The notes: generated by a model from the sequence alone, not told the origin. Shown: positions 48,580 to 58,777, counted from the whole stretch's first letter. The stretch is DNA of 61,620 nucleotides, filler included, from Actinomycetales bacterium (GCA_045807245.1; 4 parts of 4 records of this genome joined end to end with filler, not necessarily neighbours in it), one strand, 5' to 3'. Numbers and translations are program-made.

Positions 48580-50544
48580 CTACGCGCGCACCGGGCTGAA
48601 GTGGCCGTCCCCGCCGTGGTGCTGCTCGGCCCGGATGACGTGCACGACGGCGTTGATCAGGGCCAGATGCGTGAACGCCTGGGGGAAGTTGCCCAGATGG
48701 CGACCGGTCGTCGGGTCGATCTCCTCGGCGTACAGCTGCAAGGAGCTGGCGAACGACAGCAGCCGCTCACACAGCCGCCGCGCCCGGTCCAGCTCGCCGA
48801 TCTCCACCAGCGCGGAGACCAGCCAGAACGAGCAGATGGTGAACGTGCCCTCCTCGCCGGACAGGCCGTCGTCGGTCTCGTCCGTGACGTAGCGCCGGAC
48901 CAGACCGTCCTTGGTGAGCTCGTCGGCGACGGCCAGGACCGTGTCCCGCACGCGCGGGTCGTCGGAGGGCAGGAAGCGGAGCAGCGGCATCAGGAGGTTC
49001 GACGCGTCGAGCGCGGTTGACCCGTAGTACTGCGTGAAGACACCGCGGTCGTCCAGGCCGTGGGCCAGGATGTCGGCCTTGATCTCGTCGGCGATCGACT
49101 CCCATTTCTCGGCGATCTCCGGCTCGTCGTGCAGCCAGGCCAGCCGGGCCCCGCGGTCGAGCGCAACCCAGCAGAACAGCTTGGACGAGACGAAGTGCTG
49201 CGGCTCGCCCCGGACCTCCCAGATGCCCCGGTCCGGCTCCTGCCAGTGCTCGATGGCCTGGTGGACCTGCTCGCGCAGGATCGGCCAGAGCTCCTCCGGC
49301 AGCTGCTCGCGGCTGCGCGTGTGCAGCCACACCGAGTCCAGGAACGCGCCCCATACGTCGTTCTGCTGCTGCGCGTACGCGGCGTTCCCGATGCGGACCG
49401 GACGCGCGCCGTCGTACCCCGTGAGGTCGAGCGTGGACTCGGTGATCTGCCGCTCACCGCCCACTCCGTACAATACCTGGAGCGGATGCTGCGAACCCTC
49501 CGCCCCCTTGCAGGCGTCGGCGATGAAGTAGAAGAAGTCGTTGGCCTCCTGGTCGAAGCCGATCGTGTACAGGCCCCAGAGGGCGAACGTCGAGTCGCGT
49601 ACCCAGGCGTAGCGGTAGTCCCAGTTCCGTTCTCCCTGAGGCGTTTCCGGCAGACTCGACGTCGCCGCAGCGAGCAGTGCCCCGGTCGGCGCATACGTCA
49701 GGCCCTTGAGCGTGAGGGCCGCACGCTGGAGGAACGACCGCCACGGGTGGTCCGGGAATCGGCCGCGAGTGATCCACTGCCGCCAGTGCTCGGAGGTGCG
49801 CCACATGCGCTCCTCCGCCTCCTCCCAGTTGGTCGGCTGGGGCAGCGGCGACCAGCCGAGAGCCACGAACGCCGTGTCGCCCTCCTGCATCCGGGTGCGC
49901 GCCTGCGCCGTGCGTCCTTCGATGCCGAGCCGGAGGTTCGTCGACAGCTTCAGCTCAGGGGACTCGCCGGTCGGGCCGGTCGAGCGCGCCAGCGCGCTGA
50001 AGTAGTCGTCGCCGTCGTACTCCCACATCGCCTGGTCCTGGCCGTACCCGAACGACGGCTCGCACAGCATGCTCAGCTCGACCGTTCCGGACACGCACTT
50101 CACCGTGCGCAGCAGCACATGCTCGGCGTCGTAGTCGGTCGGCGTGCGGCGATGCGTCTTCGACCGCTGGCTGGTGTTGTGCCAGGGCCCCATCGTCAGC
50201 GCGTCGCGGACGATCACCCACCCGGTGCGGGTCTGCCAGGTCGTCTCGAGCATCAGGCTGCCCGGCAGGTAGCGGCGCGCCGTCGGAACGGCCACGTCGT
50301 ACGGACCCAGCCGGAAATGCCCGGCGCTGCGGTCGAGCATCGCACCGAACACGCTGGGGGAGTCCGGCCGTGGCACGCACATCCACTCGACGGCGCCGGA
50401 CGGGGCGATCAGGCAGTTGGTCTCGCAGTCGGACAGGAAGGCATAGTCCGCGATCGGCGGGAACTGGCTGTGCCCCGCCAGGCGCGTGCGGGAGGTTTGC
50501 AGCGATCCCGTGTCGGACTCGTCGTACCGCTCATGCTCGGCCAC
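48580..50544 (-). CDS. Glycoside hydrolase family 15 (trehalase/glucoamylase-like)
   Basis: SLPE...RNWDYRYAWVRD, GIWEVRG and GNFPQAFTH motifs. Confidence 0.92.
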   Translation of the reverse strand: MAEHERYDESDTGSLQTSRTRLAGHSQFPPIADYAFLSDCETNCLIAPSGAVEWMCVPRPDSPSVFGAMLDRSAGHFRLGPYDVAVPTARRYLPGSLMLETTWQTRTGWVIVRDALTMGPWHNTSQRSKTHRRTPTDYDAEHVLLRTVKCVSGTVELSMLCEPSFGYGQDQAMWEYDGDDYFSALARSTGPTGESPELKLSTNLRLGIEGRTAQARTRMQEGDTAFVALGWSPLPQPTNWEEAEERMWRTSEHWRQWITRGRFPDHPWRSFLQRAALTLKGLTYAPTGALLAAATSSLPETPQGERNWDYRYAWVRDSTFALWGLYTIGFDQEANDFFYFIADACKGAEGSQHPLQVLYGVGGERQITESTLDLTGYDGARPVRIGNAAYAQQQNDVWGAFLDSVWLHTRSREQLPEELWPILREQVHQAIEHWQEPDRGIWEVRGEPQHFVSSKLFCWVALDRGARLAWLHDEPEIAEKWESIADEIKADILAHGLDDRGVFTQYYGSTALDASNLLMPLLRFLPSDDPRVRDTVLAVADELTKDGLVRRYVTDETDDGLSGEEGTFTICSFWLVSALVEIGELDRARRLCERLLSFASSLQLYAEEIDPTTGRHLGNFPQAFTHLALINAVVHVIRAEQHHGGDGHFSPVRA

Positions 50545-50584
50545 GACCGCCAGCGTAAGGGCGGCCCCGGCGTAGGGTCATCCC

Positions 50585-51043
50585 ATGCAGCGCCGGATAT
50601 TCGGCATCGAGAACGAGTACGGCGTCACGTGCACGTTCGAGGGCCAACGTCGACTGAGCCCGGACGAGGTCGCGCGCTACCTCTTCCGCCGGGTGGTGTC
50701 GTGGGGCCGGTCGAGCAACGTGTTCCTCCGCAACGGCGCGCGCCTGTACCTCGACGTCGGCTCACACCCGGAGTACGCCACCCCGGAGTGCGACGACGTC
50801 CGGCAGCTGGTCGTGCACGACAAGGCGGGGGAGCGCATCCTCGAAGGGCTCGTCGCCGACGCGCAGCGGCGGCTCGCCGAAGAGGGCATCAGCGGCGAGG
50901 TCTACCTGTTCAAGAACAACACCGACTCGGCCGGCAACTCCTACGGCTGCCACGAGAACTACCTCATCGGCCGGCACGGCGAGTTCAGCCGCCTTGCCGA
51001 CGTGCTCATCCCGTTCCTCGTGACCCGCCAGCTCATCTGCGGC
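50585..51043 (+). CDS. pafA: Pup-protein ligase PafA (3' end cut by contig break)
   Basis: [32 protein letters not shown] and GCHENYL motifs. Confidence 0.95.
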
Positions 51044-51143
51044 NNNNNNNNNNNNNNNNNNNNNNNNNNNNNNNNNNNNNNNNNNNNTTAATTAATTAAN
51101 NNNNNNNNNNNNNNNNNNNNNNNNNNNNNNNNNNNNNNNNNNN
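51044..51143. other. Artificial contig linker
   Basis: N44-TTAATTAATTAA-N44. Confidence 0.98.
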
Positions 51144-51144
51144 C

Positions 51145-51606
51145 CAGCTGCCGCTGGGCACCGCGGGGTCGCTAGCCCTGTTCCGCGCCGGGCGGCCGGA
51201 CCTCCTTGTACCCACGCTGGTGATGAACGGCGACCTGATGTTCCGGTTCGAGCCCGAACGACTGCTCGACTTCCATGAGCGCACGGGCGCCGCGGTCACG
51301 GTCGCCACGCGTCCGTACCAGTTCGAGGTGCCGTTCGGCGTCGTCGACACCGAGTGGTCGGGCTCCGCGGCCGCGGTCACCGGCATCCGGGAGAAGCCGA
51401 CGTACTCGATGAACGTGAACGCCGGCGTCTATGCCGTCTCCCCCGCCGCGCTCGACCTGGTCGCGGTCGGCGTCCCGTCGACGATGCCGGACCTGATCCA
51501 GGCTGCGCTCGACCACGGCATGCGGGTCGTCGCCTGGCCCCTGCCGTCGGAGTGGATCGACGTCGGTACGCCGTTCGACCTGGCCCGGGCGAAGGGCCAC
51601 GTATGA
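51145..51606 (+). CDS. Sugar-phosphate nucleotidyltransferase, C-terminal part (PtmE/LegX-like)
   Basis: PLGTAGSL, VMNGDL, REKP, VNAGVY and WIDVG motifs. Confidence 0.85.
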   Translation, partial: QLPLGTAGSLALFRAGRPDLLVPTLVMNGDLMFRFEPERLLDFHERTGAAVTVATRPYQFEVPFGVVDTEWSGSAAAVTGIREKPTYSMNVNAGVYAVSPAALDLVAVGVPSTMPDLIQAALDHGMRVVAWPLPSEWIDVGTPFDLARAKGHV

Positions 51607-52622
51607 CCGGCGACAGCGTGGATCTGACCGGCCGGACCGTCCTGGTGACCGGTTCGGACGGCTTCATCGGCAGCCATCTGGTCGAGACCCTGCTCGCGGC
51701 CGGGGCGACGGTGAAGGCGTTCTGCCTCTACAACTCGAACGGTCACGCCGGCTGGCTCGAGGAGTCCGCAGCGTTCCAGACGGCGTTGACCGACGGGCAG
51801 GCCGAGCTCGTCCTGGGCGACGTCCGCGACCCGGAGCTGGTCGACTCCGTCGTCGCCGGCACCGACGCCGTCCTGCATCTGGCCGCCCTGATCGCCATCC
51901 CGTACTCCTACGTCGCCCCCCGCTCGTACGTCGACACCAACATCACCGGCACGCTGAACGTGCTCGAGGCAGTCCGTCACCACGACATCCGGCGCCTGGT
52001 GCACACGTCCACGTCCGAGGTCTACGGCACGCCGGACACCGTCCCGATCACCGAGTCGCACGCCCTACGTGGCCAGTCGCCGTACAGCGCAACGAAGATC
52101 GCGGCCGACAAGCTCTGCGAGTCGTTCGCGCGCTCGTTCGCAACGCCCGTCGTCACGCTGCGGCCCTTCAACACCTACGGTCCCCGCCAGTCGGCGCGCG
52201 CGGTCATCCCGACCGTCCTGAGCCAGCTGCTGGCCGGTGCCGAAGAACTGCGGCTGGGGTCGGTCTCGCCTCAGCGCGACTTCACGTTCGTGACCGACAC
52301 CTGCGACGGCTTCCTGCGCGCCACCCTCGCCGACCTGGAGCCGGGCGAGACGGTCCAGCTGGGGACCGGTAGCACCTACTCGATCGGCGAGATCGTCCAG
52401 ATCTGCCTGCAGATCACCGGCTCGGCCGCGCGGGTCGTCACCGAGGAGGACCGGGTCCGGCCGGCCGACTCCGAGGTCGAGGTGCTGCTGTCTGACCCGT
52501 CGCGGGCCAAGGACCGGCTCGGCTGGGCGCCGACGGTGGCGCTGGACGAGGGCTTGCGCCGTACGGCGGAGTGGCTCGCACCGCGGGCCGACCCGCGCAC
52601 CGCCGCGCGGTACCACCGATGA
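51603..52622 (+). CDS. legB: NDP-GlcNAc 4,6-dehydratase, LegB-like
   Basis: TGSDGFIGSH, YNS...GWL, HLAALIAIPYSY, TSTSEVYG, QSPYSATK, RPFNTYGPRQSARA and SEV..L motifs. Confidence 0.75.
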   Translation: MTGDSVDLTGRTVLVTGSDGFIGSHLVETLLAAGATVKAFCLYNSNGHAGWLEESAAFQTALTDGQAELVLGDVRDPELVDSVVAGTDAVLHLAALIAIPYSYVAPRSYVDTNITGTLNVLEAVRHHDIRRLVHTSTSEVYGTPDTVPITESHALRGQSPYSATKIAADKLCESFARSFATPVVTLRPFNTYGPRQSARAVIPTVLSQLLAGAEELRLGSVSPQRDFTFVTDTCDGFLRATLADLEPGETVQLGTGSTYSIGEIVQICLQITGSAARVVTEEDRVRPADSEVEVLLSDPSRAKDRLGWAPTVALDEGLRRTAEWLAPRADPRTAARYHR

Positions 52623-53761
52623 TCCCGCTCGCCGTCCCGAACATCGGGCAGCGCGAGCGCGAGCTCGTCCTCGAGGCCGTCGACTCCGGCTACGTGTCGT
52701 CGGTCGGGCCGTTCGTGTCGCGGTTCGAGGAGGAGTTCGCCGCCGCGGTAGGCGCCCGGTACGCGGTCGCCTGTGCGACCGGCACGGCCGCCATCCACAT
52801 CGGCCTGGTGCTGCTCGGCGTCGGGCCGGGCGACCTGGTGGCCGTCTCCGACTTCACCTTCGTCGGCTCCTCCAACCCGGTGCTGTACCAAGGGGCGCGG
52901 CTCAGCCTGGTCGACTCCGAACCGTCGACCTGGAACCTCGACCCCAGCCTGCTCGGGGACTGGCTGGACGGGCGCGCGCGGTCAGGGCAGGAGCTGCCCA
53001 AGGCGGTCGAGGTCGTGCACGCCCTCGGCCAGCCGGCCCGGCTGGCCGAGGTGCTCGCGGTCTGCGGCCGGTACGGCATCCCCGTGCTGGAGGACGCCGC
53101 CGAGTCCCTCGGCGCGAGCTGGTCGGCCGGGACCCTGGCTGGACGACAGACCGGTACGGTCGGCCGCCTTGGCGCGTTCTCCTTCAACGGCAACAAGATC
53201 GCGACGACGGGCGGCGGAGGCATGCTCGTCACCGACGACGAGGCGCTCGCGACCAGGGCGAAGCACCTGACCACGCAGGCGAAGGTGCCGGACACCGGCT
53301 ACCTGCACGACGAGGTCGGCTACAACTACCGCCTCACCAACGTGGCGGCTGCCCTCGGCATCGCCCAGGTCGAGCGGCTCCCCGGCTTCGTCGCTCGCAA
53401 ACGCGCGGTCGCCGCCCGCTACGACAAGGCCTTCGCCGACACACCCTTGGTCCGCCCGCCGCGGGTCGCCGGCTACGACTCGACGTACTGGCTCTACTCG
53501 GTCCTGGTCGACCCGTCGTGGCCCGGTGGCCGGGACGAGCTCCTGGCCCGGCTGGAGAAGGCGGGCGTCGGAGCGCGCGCACTGTGGCGGCCCCTGCACG
53601 CGCAGCCGCCGTACGCCACGGCCGAGCGCGTCGGCGGCAAGGTCTCCGACGGCCTGTTCGCGCGTGGCCTCTCGCTGCCCTGCTCGACCGATCTCACCGA
53701 CTCCGACCAGGAGGCGGTCATTGCCGCGACCTGGGCCGCCTTGGCCGAGCTGGCGCCCTGA
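52619..53761 (+). CDS. legC: LegC-like DegT/DnrJ aminotransferase
   Basis: VSSVGPFV, EDAAESLG, SFNGNKI.TTGGGG, HLTTQAK, HDEVGYNYRL, LW.PLH and SLPCS motifs. Confidence 0.75.
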   Translation: MIPLAVPNIGQRERELVLEAVDSGYVSSVGPFVSRFEEEFAAAVGARYAVACATGTAAIHIGLVLLGVGPGDLVAVSDFTFVGSSNPVLYQGARLSLVDSEPSTWNLDPSLLGDWLDGRARSGQELPKAVEVVHALGQPARLAEVLAVCGRYGIPVLEDAAESLGASWSAGTLAGRQTGTVGRLGAFSFNGNKIATTGGGGMLVTDDEALATRAKHLTTQAKVPDTGYLHDEVGYNYRLTNVAAALGIAQVERLPGFVARKRAVAARYDKAFADTPLVRPPRVAGYDSTYWLYSVLVDPSWPGGRDELLARLEKAGVGARALWRPLHAQPPYATAERVGGKVSDGLFARGLSLPCSTDLTDSDQEAVIAATWAALAELAP

Positions 53762-53765
53762 GCCG

Positions 53766-54821
53766 CTAGGACCCGTCGGAGAGGAACACGCCGGTCCGCG
53801 GTTTGGGCTGGACCAAGGTCGTCTTGGCACTCATGGTCTCCCGGCGCTCGGCCACGTCGACCAGGTCCCCGACGGTCGGCCCGCGGAGGGTGAACAACGC
53901 ACCGCCGTCGGCGTCGCACCGGCGCACCGTCTCCGCGATGTCGCGCACCTCCGGCACTGGTTCCAGCCGGGCGTCGCCGCGATGGACGCCCAGCACGGGA
54001 CCCAGCACGCTTTCGTCCAAGAGCGTGACATCAAGCCCCGCGACGCCCGCAAGTCGTTGGGCCGCAAGAGGTTGCGCCCTATGCCATCGCCCTCCGACGT
54101 AGATGCCGAACACCCCTCGCTCCTGGGTCGGACCGGCCGTGGGCCGGACGTCGTACGCCGCGGACAGCCGAGCCAGGAGACCGGCGCCGTCGATCCGGCC
54201 GGCCACGCGCCGATGGAACGCGTACAGCTCGACCTGGTCCTCGGCGTACACCGCGCACGCGACCGTACCGTCCGGGCGGCCGGCGCGCTCCCAGCGTTGC
54301 AGCGACGCCGCAACCCGGTGATGGCCGTCGGCGACGTACAGCTGGACCCCGGCGACCAGCTCGACGACCGCGTCCGACTCGGCCGGCGACAAGGGCCAGA
54401 CCGCCTGTGCGAGACCGCTCAGGTCGGTGAGCTCGAGCATCGGGGGGCGCTCGGCGACCGCCCGGCCCAGCAGGGCCGCCAGGTCCGGCTGCACCCGATG
54501 CACCAGTGACACGAGGTCGGTGCGGTAGGGCGTCGCGTCGAAGACGTCGACCAGCCGGCTGACCCGCGCGGGCTGCACGGCCTCGTGACCCAGGACCCGG
54601 CCGTCGGAGAAACCGGCCGTCGCCACCTGGACGACGAGCGATGTGCGCAGCCGCCCGCCCTCGGGCATCCGGTACGCGTAGACGGTCGGGCGCGGCGCCG
54701 GCTCGTAGGCCGCCAGGTCGAACGCCGAGTCCAGGCCGCTGTCCCCCTCGAGGGGCCGCACCAACCGCGCCGCCCACTCCGGCCGCACGACCCAGCCAGC
54801 GAACGGCCGGACCAGAGGCAC
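53766..54821 (-). CDS. DUF1015-family protein
   Basis: VRPF, HE, YVADGHHR, FHR and M.AKTT...PKP..G motifs; start uncertain. Confidence 0.75.
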   Translation of the reverse strand: MPLVRPFAGWVVRPEWAARLVRPLEGDSGLDSAFDLAAYEPAPRPTVYAYRMPEGGRLRTSLVVQVATAGFSDGRVLGHEAVQPARVSRLVDVFDATPYRTDLVSLVHRVQPDLAALLGRAVAERPPMLELTDLSGLAQAVWPLSPAESDAVVELVAGVQLYVADGHHRVAASLQRWERAGRPDGTVACAVYAEDQVELYAFHRRVAGRIDGAGLLARLSAAYDVRPTAGPTQERGVFGIYVGGRWHRAQPLAAQRLAGVAGLDVTLLDESVLGPVLGVHRGDARLEPVPEVRDIAETVRRCDADGGALFTLRGPTVGDLVDVAERRETMSAKTTLVQPKPRTGVFLSDGS

Positions 54822-54840
54822 GAGCGTCAGGTGACGAGGC

Positions 54841-55227
54841 TCAGGAGGCCGGCGTGCTCGCCTGGTTCGCCTCGGCGGCCGCCACCTGGGCCCGGACCTC
54901 GTCCATGTCGAGCTCACGGACCGCGCCGATCACCTGCTCCAGAGCAGGAGCCGGGAGCGCGCCCGGCTGGCGGAAGACCAGGATGCCGTCGCGAAAGGCC
55001 ATCAGGGTCGGGATCGACGTGATACCCGCCGCGGCCGACAGGCCCTGCTCGGCCTCGGTGTCCACCTTGCCGAAGACGATGTCGGGGTGAGCCTGGCTCG
55101 CGGCCTCGAACACCGGCGCGAACATGCGGCAGGGGCCGCACCAGGAGGCCCACCAGTCGACCAGGACGATCCCGTCCTGCAGCACCGACTCCTCGAAGGC
55201 GTCGGAGGTCAAAGTCACGGTTGCCAT
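54841..55227 (-). CDS. trxA: Thioredoxin
   Basis: WASWCGPC and SIPT motifs, actinobacterial C-terminal extension LDMDEVR. Confidence 0.9.
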   Translation of the reverse strand: MATVTLTSDAFEESVLQDGIVLVDWWASWCGPCRMFAPVFEAASQAHPDIVFGKVDTEAEQGLSAAAGITSIPTLMAFRDGILVFRQPGALPAPALEQVIGAVRELDMDEVRAQVAAAEANQASTPAS

Positions 55228-55333
55228 GCACGGCACAAGCAAGGCGTTGCGCACGGCATTCCCGCGGCCCAGGGTCACGCCGGCCGAGATCGTCGACTTG
55301 ACGGTGTTGTCCGGGTTCGTAGCGGTTCCCGTG

Positions 55334-56380
55334 TCACCAAGCGGCGCGGACGACGCTGACCGGCTGCAGCTCGTTCGCAGCGAGCAGGCTCTCCGGGGCC
55401 ACGGACGTCATCCAGTCCAACCGGTCCTTGGTCGCGTCGTCCAAGAAGCGTTGCAGCACAGCAGATTCCAGGACCCGCCCCGCGGCGTACCGGGAGAAGT
55501 CGCTCACCATGAAGCCCTCGAGGATGCAGTACGACGTGGGCTCCACGAGCGCGATCACCTGAGCGGCGATCCCGCCGTCGATCGACAAGGTCGACACCTC
55601 CAGCAGGCCGTCCTGGGCCAAGGCAACGACGCGACCGTTCCAGATCCGTCGTCCGACGGGGTCGTCCAGCTCGCTGGCCCGGCCCTGACCGTGGTTGCGC
55701 GCCCGATGCACGTCCTGCAGGGCGGGCAGCAGGGCGGCGATCTCGGCCGAGTCGCGCGTGAAGCGGAAGCTCGTCCGGCAGCCGTCCGCGCGGAGCCGGT
55801 TCGCTGCCTTGCGCAGCGTGCGCCGCATGGAGGCACTGAGGTAGTCGTTCACGTCGTCACCGCTGTGCCGCCGTACCGCTGGGATCGGCAGCGCCTCGGC
55901 CACCTCGGCCCCGGGGATGGTCGCGGCGAACTCCGCCAGTCCCCGCGAGCCGGCGTCCATGGGACCCAGCAGCAGCGTGGTCGGTCGGTGGCTCCTGAGC
56001 AGGATCTCGCCCACCGTGTGGCCCAGCAGCGCGGCGGCGGCGGCACTCTCGGCCACGACGGCACTGCGATGGCCCGTCGCCGACCCCGCCAGCGCGACGA
56101 CCTCACGCTGAGCGTCCCCGACCGACAGCAGCACGGCGGCCGCCCGGGCCACGCCGAGCCCGTCGCGCACGACCACAGCCCAGGGGTCGGGCTCGGGCAC
56201 CGCGCGCACCGTTGCCGCCAGCCACGCAGCCCGCGCGGTCGCCGGGGCGTCGCATCGGGCCGCGAGGCGGTCGAGCTCGCCGTTCACGAGCTCGAGCAAG
56301 GCGTCACCGCGCGCGACCTCGGTCCGCAGTGGAGCGAGTTGGCGCGGCAACGAGGTGACGACGCCGGGGAACGGCTTCAT
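55334..56380 (-). CDS. GNAT acetyltransferase, CelD/BcsL-like
   Basis: YLSASMRRTLRK, L.IDG.IAA, FSRYAAG..L and LDW motifs; ATGA overlap with the GGDEF-EAL gene. Confidence 0.7.
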   Translation of the reverse strand: MKPFPGVVTSLPRQLAPLRTEVARGDALLELVNGELDRLAARCDAPATARAAWLAATVRAVPEPDPWAVVVRDGLGVARAAAVLLSVGDAQREVVALAGSATGHRSAVVAESAAAAALLGHTVGEILLRSHRPTTLLLGPMDAGSRGLAEFAATIPGAEVAEALPIPAVRRHSGDDVNDYLSASMRRTLRKAANRLRADGCRTSFRFTRDSAEIAALLPALQDVHRARNHGQGRASELDDPVGRRIWNGRVVALAQDGLLEVSTLSIDGGIAAQVIALVEPTSYCILEGFMVSDFSRYAAGRVLESAVLQRFLDDATKDRLDWMTSVAPESLLAANELQPVSVVRAAW

Positions 56381-58683
56381 GCGCTGAGCTCGCCGCCGTC
56401 GTCGACGACCACGGGCACCGGCCACTGGTCGAGCCAGCGCTCGAGCTGACCGGCGGGCAGGGCCTCCGAGAAGTAGAAGCCTTGCGACTCGTCGCATCCG
56501 GAGATCGCGAGCTGCTGCGCCGTCGACTCGTCCTCGACGCCCTCGGCGACCAGCGTCATGCCGAGCGAGTGAGCCAGCTCGATGGTCGACCGGACGATCG
56601 CGGCGGCGCGCGGGTCCTCGGCCATCGGCAGGACGAACGAGCGGTCGAGCTTGAGCTGGTCGATCGGCAGCTCGCGCAGGTAGGCCAGCGAGCTGTAGCC
56701 GGTGCCGAAGTCGTCGACGGACACCCGGATGCCGAGGGACCGCAGCTGGATCAGGATGTCCCGGGCCCGCTCCCGGTCGCCCATGAGGAAGTCCTCGGTG
56801 ATCTCCAGCTCGAGCGAGCTCGCCGGCAGACCGCGGCTGAACAGGATGTCCGACACCCGACGGGGCAGCTCGAGGTCGACCAGCGAGGACGCCGACAGGT
56901 TGACGGCCACGGTGAGCTCTCGGCCGGCCTCGCGCCAGCGCTTGACCTGGTCCAGCGACTGGGCCAGTACGGCGACGGTCAGGTCACGCATCAGCCCGGA
57001 CTGCTCGGCGAGCGGCAGGAACGAGTCGGGGAAGAGCAGCCCGCGGGTCGGGTGGTTCCAGCGCACCAGCGCCTCGACGCCGCCCACGCGGCGGGTGCGG
57101 GAGTCGACCTTCGGCTGGTAGTGGACGGTGAGGCCGCCGGTGAGCACGGCCTCGCGCAGCTCCTCGAGCGTGCGCAGCCGGTCCTCGCCGCCGGTCGAGT
57201 CGCCGGCCAGGCTGTAGAACGCGTGGCCGATCCGGGCCTCCTTCGCCTTGTACATCGCGATGTCGGCCCTCCGCAGCAGGTGCGCGACCTCCGTGCCGTG
57301 CGTCGGGTACAGAGCGATGCCGATGCTGGCGTCGACCCGCACCGTGACGGCGTCGACGTTGACCGGCGGGGCGAGCGCCGCGTGGATCCGCTCCGCCACC
57401 AGCTCGGCCCCGGCCGCATCGACGTCCACCAGGAACAAGGCGAACTCGTCGCCGCCGAGCCGGGCCAGGAAGTCGCCCTTGCCGTGCAGACAGTCGGCCA
57501 GCCGGGTCGCGACGTGGCAGAGCAGGTCGTCGCCCGCGTGGTGGCCGAGGCTGTCGTTGACCTCCTTGAACCGGTCCAGGTCCAGCAGCAGCAGGGCGCC
57601 GTTGCGCGCCTCCAGGCCGCGCATCTCGGCCTCGACCTGCTCGTAGAACGCGCGCCGGTTGCCCAGCCCGGTGAGCTCGTCGGTCAGCGCGAGCTGGCGG
57701 CTGTGGGCGAGCGTGCGCACCTCGCGGAAGGTCACGATGAGCCGCCCGAGGGCCGCCATGATCGTGCCGGCCGCGAGGAACACCGCGATGGGGTGTAGCG
57801 GGTGCTCGTTCGCCGAGGCGAGCAGGCCGACCGCGACCAAAGAGGAGATGACCGGGATCCCGAGCAGCACGAAGGACGGCAGCACGACACCGGAGGGCCG
57901 GCGCGGCCATCCCGGCGCGTAGCCCAACATCAGCGTCGCGAGCACCCAGGCCGAGTCGTTGAGACCGCCGGGCTGGTAGGTCCCGTTGGCGGCGTGGAAG
58001 AGGTAGACCAGGTCGGCGACCACGAACGCGGTGAGCCCGCCGGCCAGGAACCACAGGCCCATCGGCGGCCGCCAGTGGAACAGCGCGAGGACGGCGGTCA
58101 CCATCAGGAGCAGGACCATGTCCAGCAGCGGGTAGGCCAGCGTGGTGACGACGGCGGCTGGGCTGCCACCGGTCACCGCGAGCACCGGGCCGGCCACCAC
58201 TGTCATCACCGCCGCGACCGCGAAGCCGGCGACGATGCCGTCCAGCCACAGGCTCAGGGGGAGCCGCTCGGCCATCTCGCGTACGACGAGGAGCAGGGCC
58301 ACGAACGCGAAGGCGTAGAACGAGAGCCACAGTCCGTCGGCCGGCGAGGGGAACGGCTCCGGGTCCAGCGGCCGGATGAAGATCGTCCAGTACACGTTGC
58401 CGAGGCCGTACAGCGCCAGCCCGGCCGCGAGGATGAACCAGCTGCGCCGGAAGGACGCAGCTCCGCGCGAACGCAGCAGACAGACGAGTGGGCTGAGCAT
58501 GTAGGCGACGTTGTTCAGCCAGCCGTCCAGCACCAGGTTGTACCCGACGTACGGGCGGACGCCGGGCAGCGTTGAGACGACGAACGTCACGAAGACCACG
58601 CACGTGGCCAGGTAGACCGCATTGCGCAGGACGCGCTCGATGAGGGACGCGGGCGGGACAGGGCGCGGCGGAGCGGCACGCAT
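56377..58683 (-). CDS. Membrane-anchored GGDEF-EAL diguanylate cyclase/phosphodiesterase
   Basis: About 9-10 TM segments, ARLGGDEF, VEALVRW and VDDFGTGYSS; AAGGAGG RBS. Confidence 0.93.
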   Translation of the reverse strand: MRAAPPRPVPPASLIERVLRNAVYLATCVVFVTFVVSTLPGVRPYVGYNLVLDGWLNNVAYMLSPLVCLLRSRGAASFRRSWFILAAGLALYGLGNVYWTIFIRPLDPEPFPSPADGLWLSFYAFAFVALLLVVREMAERLPLSLWLDGIVAGFAVAAVMTVVAGPVLAVTGGSPAAVVTTLAYPLLDMVLLLMVTAVLALFHWRPPMGLWFLAGGLTAFVVADLVYLFHAANGTYQPGGLNDSAWVLATLMLGYAPGWPRRPSGVVLPSFVLLGIPVISSLVAVGLLASANEHPLHPIAVFLAAGTIMAALGRLIVTFREVRTLAHSRQLALTDELTGLGNRRAFYEQVEAEMRGLEARNGALLLLDLDRFKEVNDSLGHHAGDDLLCHVATRLADCLHGKGDFLARLGGDEFALFLVDVDAAGAELVAERIHAALAPPVNVDAVTVRVDASIGIALYPTHGTEVAHLLRRADIAMYKAKEARIGHAFYSLAGDSTGGEDRLRTLEELREAVLTGGLTVHYQPKVDSRTRRVGGVEALVRWNHPTRGLLFPDSFLPLAEQSGLMRDLTVAVLAQSLDQVKRWREAGRELTVAVNLSASSLVDLELPRRVSDILFSRGLPASSLELEITEDFLMGDRERARDILIQLRSLGIRVSVDDFGTGYSSLAYLRELPIDQLKLDRSFVLPMAEDPRAAAIVRSTIELAHSLGMTLVAEGVEDESTAQQLAISGCDESQGFYFSEALPAGQLERWLDQWPVPVVVDDGGELSA

Positions 58684-58734
58684 GCGCGAACGCCTCCTTC
58701 AGGCCGGCCGGGTCCTCACGTTCCCCTTGGGCGT

Positions 58735-58763
58735 CGTTCGGGAGCGTTCCCACCGGTCTTGAG
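58735..58763 (-). promoter_or_regulatory. WhiG/FliA (sigma-28)-like promoter
   Basis: Minus strand CTCAA-N16-CCCGAACG, same spacing as the site at 33189-33217. Confidence 0.45.
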
Positions 58764-58777
58764 GTGCGTTCAACCCT

